Below, in pieces: positions 57,564-64,000 of a stretch of 64,000 nt of DNA (the stretch's first letter is position 1; the number at the start of each line of letters is the position of its first letter). The notes under the pieces were generated by a model, which was not told where the DNA came from, ran no database searches, and saw nothing but the letters and a program-made list of their open reading frames with translations. Source of the stretch: Phaeosaccion multiseriatum (lineage: Eukaryota; Protista; Ochrophyta, other classes); assembly GCA_965112735.1 (NCBI GenBank), contig OZ218953.1, forward strand, positions 5,456,001 through 5,520,000, written 5' to 3'. A program made the position numbers and the translations under genes.

Positions 57564-60500
57564 ACTGGCCTAGGCTGGCCTAGACTGGCCTAGACTGGCC
57601 TAGACTGGCCTAGACCGGCCTAGACTGGCCGGTCCAGGCCAGTCTAGACCGGCCTAGACTGGCCTAGACTGGCCTAGACTGGCCTAGACTGGCCTAGACT
57701 GGCCTAGACTGGCCTAGACTGGCCTAGACTGGCCTAGACCGGCCTAGACCGGCCTAGACTGGCCTAGACTGGCCTAGACTGGCCTAGACCGGCCTAGACT
57801 GGCCTAGACTGGCCTAGACTGGCCTAGGCTGGCCTATACTGGCCTAAGCTGGCCTAGACTGGCCTAGACTGGCCTAGACTGGCCTAGACCGGCCTAGACT
57901 GGCCTAAACTGGCCTAGACTGGCCTAGACTGGCCTAGACTGGCCTAGACCGGCCTAGACTGGACTAGACTGGCCTCGACTGGCCTAGACTGGCCTCGACT
58001 GGCCTAGACTGGCCTAGACCGGCCTAGACTGGCCTAGACTGGCCTAGACCGGCCTAGACCGGCCTAGACTGGCCTAGACTGGCGTAGACTGGCCTAGACT
58101 GGCCTAGACCGGCCTAGACTGGACTAGACTGGCCTAGACTGGCCAAGACTGGCCTAGACCGGCCTAGACCGGCCTAGACTGGCCTCGACTGGACTAGACT
58201 GGCCTAGACTGGCCTAGACTGGCCTAGACCGGCCTAGACTGGCCTAGACTGGCCTAGACTGGCCTAGACCGGCCTCGACTGAGCTAGACCGGCCTAGACT
58301 GGCCTAGACCGGCCTAGACTGGCATAGGCTGACTGGCCTAGACTGGCCTAGACTGGCCTAGACGGCCTACACTGGCCTAGACCGGCCTAGACTGGCCTAG
58401 ACTGGCCTAGACTGGCCTAGACCGGCCTAGGCTGGCCTAGACTGGCCTAGACTGGCCTAGACTGGCCTAGACCGGCCTAGACTGGCCTAGACCGGCCTAG
58501 ACTGGCCTAGACCGGCCTAGATTGAGCCTAGACCGGCCTAGACTGGCCTAGACCGGCCTAGACTGGCCTAGGCTGGCCTAGACTGGCCTAGATCGGCCTA
58601 GACCGGCCTAGACTGGCCTAGACTGGCCTAGACTGGCCTAGACCGGCCTAGACCGGCCTAGACTGGCCTAGACCGGCCTAGACCGGCCTAGACTGGCCTA
58701 GACCGGCCTAGACCGGCCTAGACTGGCCTAGACTGGCCTAGGCTGACTGGCCTAGACCGGCCTAGACTGGCCTAGACTGGCCTAGACTGGCCTAAACTGG
58801 CCTAGACTGGCCTAGACTGGCCTAGACGGGCCTAGACTTGCCTAGACCGGCCTAGACTGGCCTAGGCTGACTGGCCTAGACTGGCCTAGACTGGCCTAGA
58901 CCGGCCTAGACTGGCCTAGACCGGCCTAGACTGGCCTAGGCTGGCCTAGACTGGCCTAGACCGGCCTAGACCGGCCTAGACTGGCCTAGACTGGCCTAGA
59001 CTGGCCTAGACCGGCCTAGACCGGCCTAGACTGGCCTAGACCGGCCTAGACCGGCCTAGACTGGCGTAGACTGGCCTAGGCTGACTGGCCTAGACCGGCC
59101 TAGACTGGCCTAGACTGGCCTAGACTGGCCTAAACTGGCCTAGACTGGCCTAGACTGGCCTAGACGGGCCTAGACTGGCCTAGACCGGCCTAGACTGAGC
59201 TAGACCGGCCTAGACTGGCCTAGACCGGCCTAGACCGGCCTAGACCGGCCTAGATTGAGCCTAGACTGGCCTAGACCGGCCTAGACTGGCCTAGACCGGC
59301 CTAGACCGGCCTAGACTGGCCTAGGCTGACTGGCCTAGACTGGCCTAGACTGGCCTAGACCGGCCTAGACTGGCCTAGGCTGGCCTAGACTGGCCTAGAC
59401 TGGCCTAGACTGGCCTAGACCGGCCTAGACCGGCCTAGACTGGCCTAGACTGGCCTAGACTGGCCTAGACTGGCCTAGACCGGCCTAGACCGGCCTAGAC
59501 TGGCCTAGACTGGCCTAGACTGGCCTAGACCGGCCTAGACCGGCCTAGACTGGCCTAGACCGGCCTAGACCGGCCTAGACTGGCCTGGACTGGCCTAGGC
59601 TGACTGGCCTAGACCGGCCTAGACTGGCCTAGACTGGCCTAGACTGGCCTACACTGGCCTAGACTGGCCTAGACTGGCCTAGACTGGCCTAGACTGGCCT
59701 AGACCGGCCTAGACCGGCCTAGACTGGCCTAGACTGGCCTAGACCGGCCTAGACTGAGCTAGACCGGCCTAGACTGGCCTAGACCGGCCTAGACTGGCCT
59801 AGACCGGCCTAGACTGGCCTAGGCTGACTGGCCTAGACTGGCCTAGACTGGCCTAGACGGCCTACACTGGCCTAGACTGGCCTAGACTGGCCTAGACTGG
59901 CCTAGACTGGCCTAGACCGGCCTAGGCTGGCCTAGACTGGCCTAGACTGGCCTAGACCGGCCTAGACTGGCCTAGACCGGCCTAGACCGGCCTAGACCGG
60001 CCTAGATTGAGCCTAGACTGGCCTAGACCGGCCTAGACTGGCCTAGACCGGCCTAGACTGGCCTAGACTGGCCTAGACCGGCCTAGACCGGCCTAGACTG
60101 GCCTAGGCTGACTGGCCTAGACTGGCCTAGACTGGCCTAGACCGGCCTAGACTGGCCTAGACTGGCCTAGACTGGCCTAGACTGGCCTAGACTGGCCTAG
60201 ACCGGCCTAGACTGGCCTAGACTGGCCTAGACCGGCCTAGACTGGCCTAGACCGGCCTAGACTGGCCTAGACTGGCCTAGACTGGCCTAGACTGGCCTAG
60301 ACTGGCCTAGACTGGCCTAGACTGGCCTAGACTGGCCTAGACCGGCCTAGACTGAGCTAGACCGGCCTAGACTGGCCTAGACCGGCCTAGACCGGCCTAG
60401 ACCGGCCTAGATTGAGCCTAGACTGGCCTAGACCGGCCTAGACCGGCCTAGACTGGCCTAGGCTGACTGGCCTAGACTGGCCTAGACTGGCCTAGACCGG

Positions 60501-63500
60501 CCTAGACTGGCCTAGGCTGGCCTAGACTGGCCTAGACTGGCCTAGACTGGCCTAGACCGGCCTAGACTGGCCTAGACTGGCCTAGACTGGCCTAGACCGG
60601 CCTAGACCGGCCTAGACTGGCCTAGACTGGCCTAGACTGGCCTAGACTGGCCTAGACCGGCCTAGACCGGCCTAGACTGGCCTAGACTGGCCTAGACCGG
60701 CCTAGACCGGCCTAGACCGGCCTAGACTGGCCTAGACCGGCCTAGACCGGCCTAGACTGGCCTAGACTGGCCTAGGCTGACTGGCCTAGACCGGCCTAGA
60801 CTGGCCTAGACTGGCCTAGACTGGCCTAAACTGGCCTAGACTGGCCTAGACTGGCCTAGACTGGCCTAGACTGGCCTAGACTGGCCTAGACTGGCCTAGA
60901 CTGGCCTAGACTGGCCTAGACTGGCCTAGACTGGCCTAGACCGGCCTAGACTGGCCTAGACCGGCCTAGACTGGCCTAGACCGGCCTAGACTGGCCTAGA
61001 CTCGGCCTAGACTGGCCTAGACTGGCCTAGACTGGCCTAGACTGGCCTAGACTGGCCTAGACTGGCCTAGACTGGCCTAGACTGGCCTAGACTGGCCTAG
61101 ACTGGCCTAGACTGGCCTAGACTGACTGGCCTAGACTGGCCTAGACTGGCCTAGACTGGCCTAGACTGGCCTAGACTGGCCTAGACTGGCCTAGACTGGC
61201 CTAGACTGGCCTAGACCGGCCTAGACCGGCCTAGACTGGCCTAGACTGGCCTAGACTGGCCTAGACCGGCCTAGACTGGCCTAAACCGGCCTAGACTGGC
61301 CTAGACCGGCCTAGACTGGCCTAGACTGGCCTAGACTGGCCTAGGCTGACTGGCCTAGACTGGCCTAGACTGGCCTAGACGGGCCTAGACTTGCCTAGAC
61401 CGGCCTAGACTGAGCTAGACCGGCCTAGACTGGCCTAGACCGGCCTAGACAGGCCTAGACCGGCCTAGATTGAGCCTAGACTGGCCTAGACCGGCCTAGA
61501 CTGGCCTAGACCGGCCTAGACCGGCCTAGACTGGCCTAGGCTGACTGGCCTAGACTGGCCTAGACTGGCCTAGACCGGCCTAGACTGGCCTAGGCTGACT
61601 GGCCTAGACTGGCCTAGACTGGCCTAGACTGGCCTAGACTGGCCTAGACTGGCCTAGACTGGCCTAGACTGGCCTAGATCGGCCTAGACTGGCCTAGACT
61701 GGCCTAGACCGGCCTAGACTGGCCTAGACTGGCCTAGACTGGCCTAGACTGGCCTAGACTGGCCTAGACTGGCCTAGACCGGCCTAGACTGGCCTAGACC
61801 GGCCTAGACTGGCCTAGACTGGCCTAGACTGGCCTAGACTGGCCTAGACTGGCCTAGACTGGCCTAGACTGGCCTAGACCGGCCTAGACTGGCCTAGACT
61901 GGCCTAGACCGGCCTAGACTGGCCTAGACTGGCCTAGACTGGCCTAGACTGGCCTAGACTGGCCTAGACTGGCCTACTGGCCTAGACTGGCCTAGACTGG
62001 CCTAGACTGGCCTAGACTGGCCTAGACTGGCCTAGACTGGCCTAGACTGGCCTAGACTGGCCTAGACTGGCCTAGACTGGCCTAGACTGGCCTAGACTGG
62101 CCTAGACTGGCCTAGACTGGCCTAGACCGGCCTAGACCGGCCTAGACTGGCCTAGACCGGCCTAGACTGGCCTAGACTGGCCTAGACTGGCCTAGACCGG
62201 CCTAGACTGGCCTAGACTGGCCTAGACTGGCCTAGACTGGCCTAGACTGGCCTAGACTGGCCTAGACTGGCCTAGACTGGCCTAGACTGGCCTAGACTGG
62301 CCTGGCCTAGACTGGCCTAGACTGGCCTAGACTGGCCTAGACTGGCCTAGACTGGCCTAGACTGGCCTAGACTGGCCTAGACTGGCCTAGACCGGCCTAG
62401 ACCGGCCTAGACCGGCCTAGATTGAGCCTAGACTGGCCTAGACTGGCCTAGACCGGCCTAGACCGGCCTAGACCGGCCTAGACTGGCCTAGACTGGCCTA
62501 GACCGGCCTAGACTGGCCTAGACCGGCCTAGACCGGCCTAGACTGGCCTAGGCTGACTGGCCTAGACTGGCCTAGACTGGCCTAGACCGGCCTAGACTGG
62601 CCTAGACTGGCCTAGACCGGCCTAGACTGGCCTAGACTGGCCTAGACCGGCCTAGACTGGCCTAGACCGGCCTAGACTGGCCTAGACTGGCCTAGACTGG
62701 CCTAGACTGGCCTAGACTGGCCTAGACTGGCCTAGACCGGCCTAGACTGGCCTAGACCGGCCTAGACTGGCCTAGACTGGCCTAGACTGGCCTAGACTGG
62801 CCTAGACTGGCCTAGACCGGCCTAGACTGGCCTAGACGGGCCTAGACTGACTGGCCTAGACCGGCCTAGGCTGGCCTACACCGGCCTAGACCGGCCTAGA
62901 CTGGCCTAGACCGGCCTAGACCGGCCTAGACTGGCCTAGACTGGCCTAGACTGGCCTAGACTGGCCTAGACTGGCCTAGACTGGCCTAGACCGGCCTAGA
63001 CCGGCCTAGACTGGCCTAGACTGGCCTAGACTGGCCTAGACTGGCCTAGACTGGCCTAGACTGGCCTAGACTGGCCTAGACTGGCCTAGACTGGCCTAGA
63101 CTGGCCTAGACTGGCCTAGACTGGCCTAGACTGGCCTAGACCGGCCTAGACTGGCCTAGACTGGCCTAGACTGGCCTAGACCGGCCTAGACTGGCCTAGA
63201 CTGGCCTAGACTGGCCTAGACCGGCCTAGACTGGCCTAGACTGGCCTAGACTGGCCTAGACTGGCCTAGACGGGCCTAGACTGGACTAGACCGGCCTAGA
63301 CTGGCCTCGACTGGACTAGACTGGCCTAGACCGGCCTAGACTGGCCTAGACTGGCCTAGACCGGCCTAGACTGGCCTCGACTGGCCTAGGCTGGCCTAGA
63401 CTGGCCTAGACCGGCCTAGACTGGCCTAGACTGGCCTAGACTGGCCTAGACTGGCCTAGACTGGCCTAGACTGGCCTAGACTGGCCTAGACTGGCCTAGA

Positions 63501-64000
63501 CTGGCCTAGACTGGCCTAGACTGGCCTAGACTGGCCTAGACTGGCCTAGACCGGCCTAGACCGGCCTAGACTGGCCTAGACTGGCCTAGACTGGCCTAGA
63601 CTGGCCTAGACTGGCCTAGACTGGCCTAGACTGGCCTAGACCGGCCTAGACTGGCCTAGACTGGCCTAGACTGACTGGCCTAGACTGGCCTAGACTGGCC
63701 TAGACTGGCCTAGACCGGCCTAGACTGGCCTAGACTGGCCTAGACTGGCCTAGACCGGCCTAGACTGGCCTAGACTGGCCTAGACTGGCCTAGACTGGCC
63801 TAGACTGGCCTAGACTGGCCTAGACCGGCCTAGACTGGCCTAGACTGGCCTAGACTGACTGGCCTAGACTGGCCTAGACTGGCCTAGACTGGCCTAGACC
63901 GGCCTAGACTGGCCTAGACTGGCCTACACTGGCCTAGACCGGCCTAGACTGGCCTAGACTGGCCTAGACTGGCCTAGACTGGCCTAGACCGGCCTAGACT
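57564..64000. repeat. 10-bp satellite (ACTGGCCTAG)n with ACCGGCCTAG variant, at least 6.4 kb, running off the window
   Basis: About 640 tandem units. The palindromic CTAG in a 10-nt period puts TAG stops in all six frames, which explains the absence of ORFs. Confidence 0.99.

Noticed and set aside
57564-64000. Satellite as a CRISPR array or canonical telomere
   Set aside because: No unique spacers, eukaryotic context, and no G-rich strand bias or TnAGGG-like unit.

Overview
Gene-dense, GC-rich, intron-containing eukaryotic nuclear DNA. It is most likely from a photosynthetic stramenopile (inference from a bipartite plastid-targeting leader, flagellar-type genes and the gene families present). 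Recognisable multi-exon genes: two sulfotransferases, a GT-A glycosyltransferase, an SMP-30/gluconolactonase, an RIIa/Dpy-30-like protein, Tctex-1, a parvulin(PpiC)-MiaB fusion, an LmjF36.5940-type CDA-like deaminase, RNase H2 subunit B, a Tim17/NDUFA11-family protein, glutaminyl-tRNA synthetase with a CysRS-like C-terminal tail, Rab3GAP catalytic subunit, Yos1 (not in the ORF track) and an RI-like LRR protein. There is also an intronless helical-header/ankyrin gene. Main non-genic structures: (i) a 695-bp structured insertion with an internal 165-bp direct repeat, flanked by a 366-bp duplication of the Rab3GAP 5' end and promoter; (ii) a 154-bp insertion with a 15-bp target-site duplication and a diverged sister copy 2.4 kb away; (iii) tetranucleotide microsatellites that start exactly at splice donors; (iv) a 10-bp satellite of at least 6.4 kb with higher-order structure running off the right end. 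All exon models were built by eye and no database searches were run.
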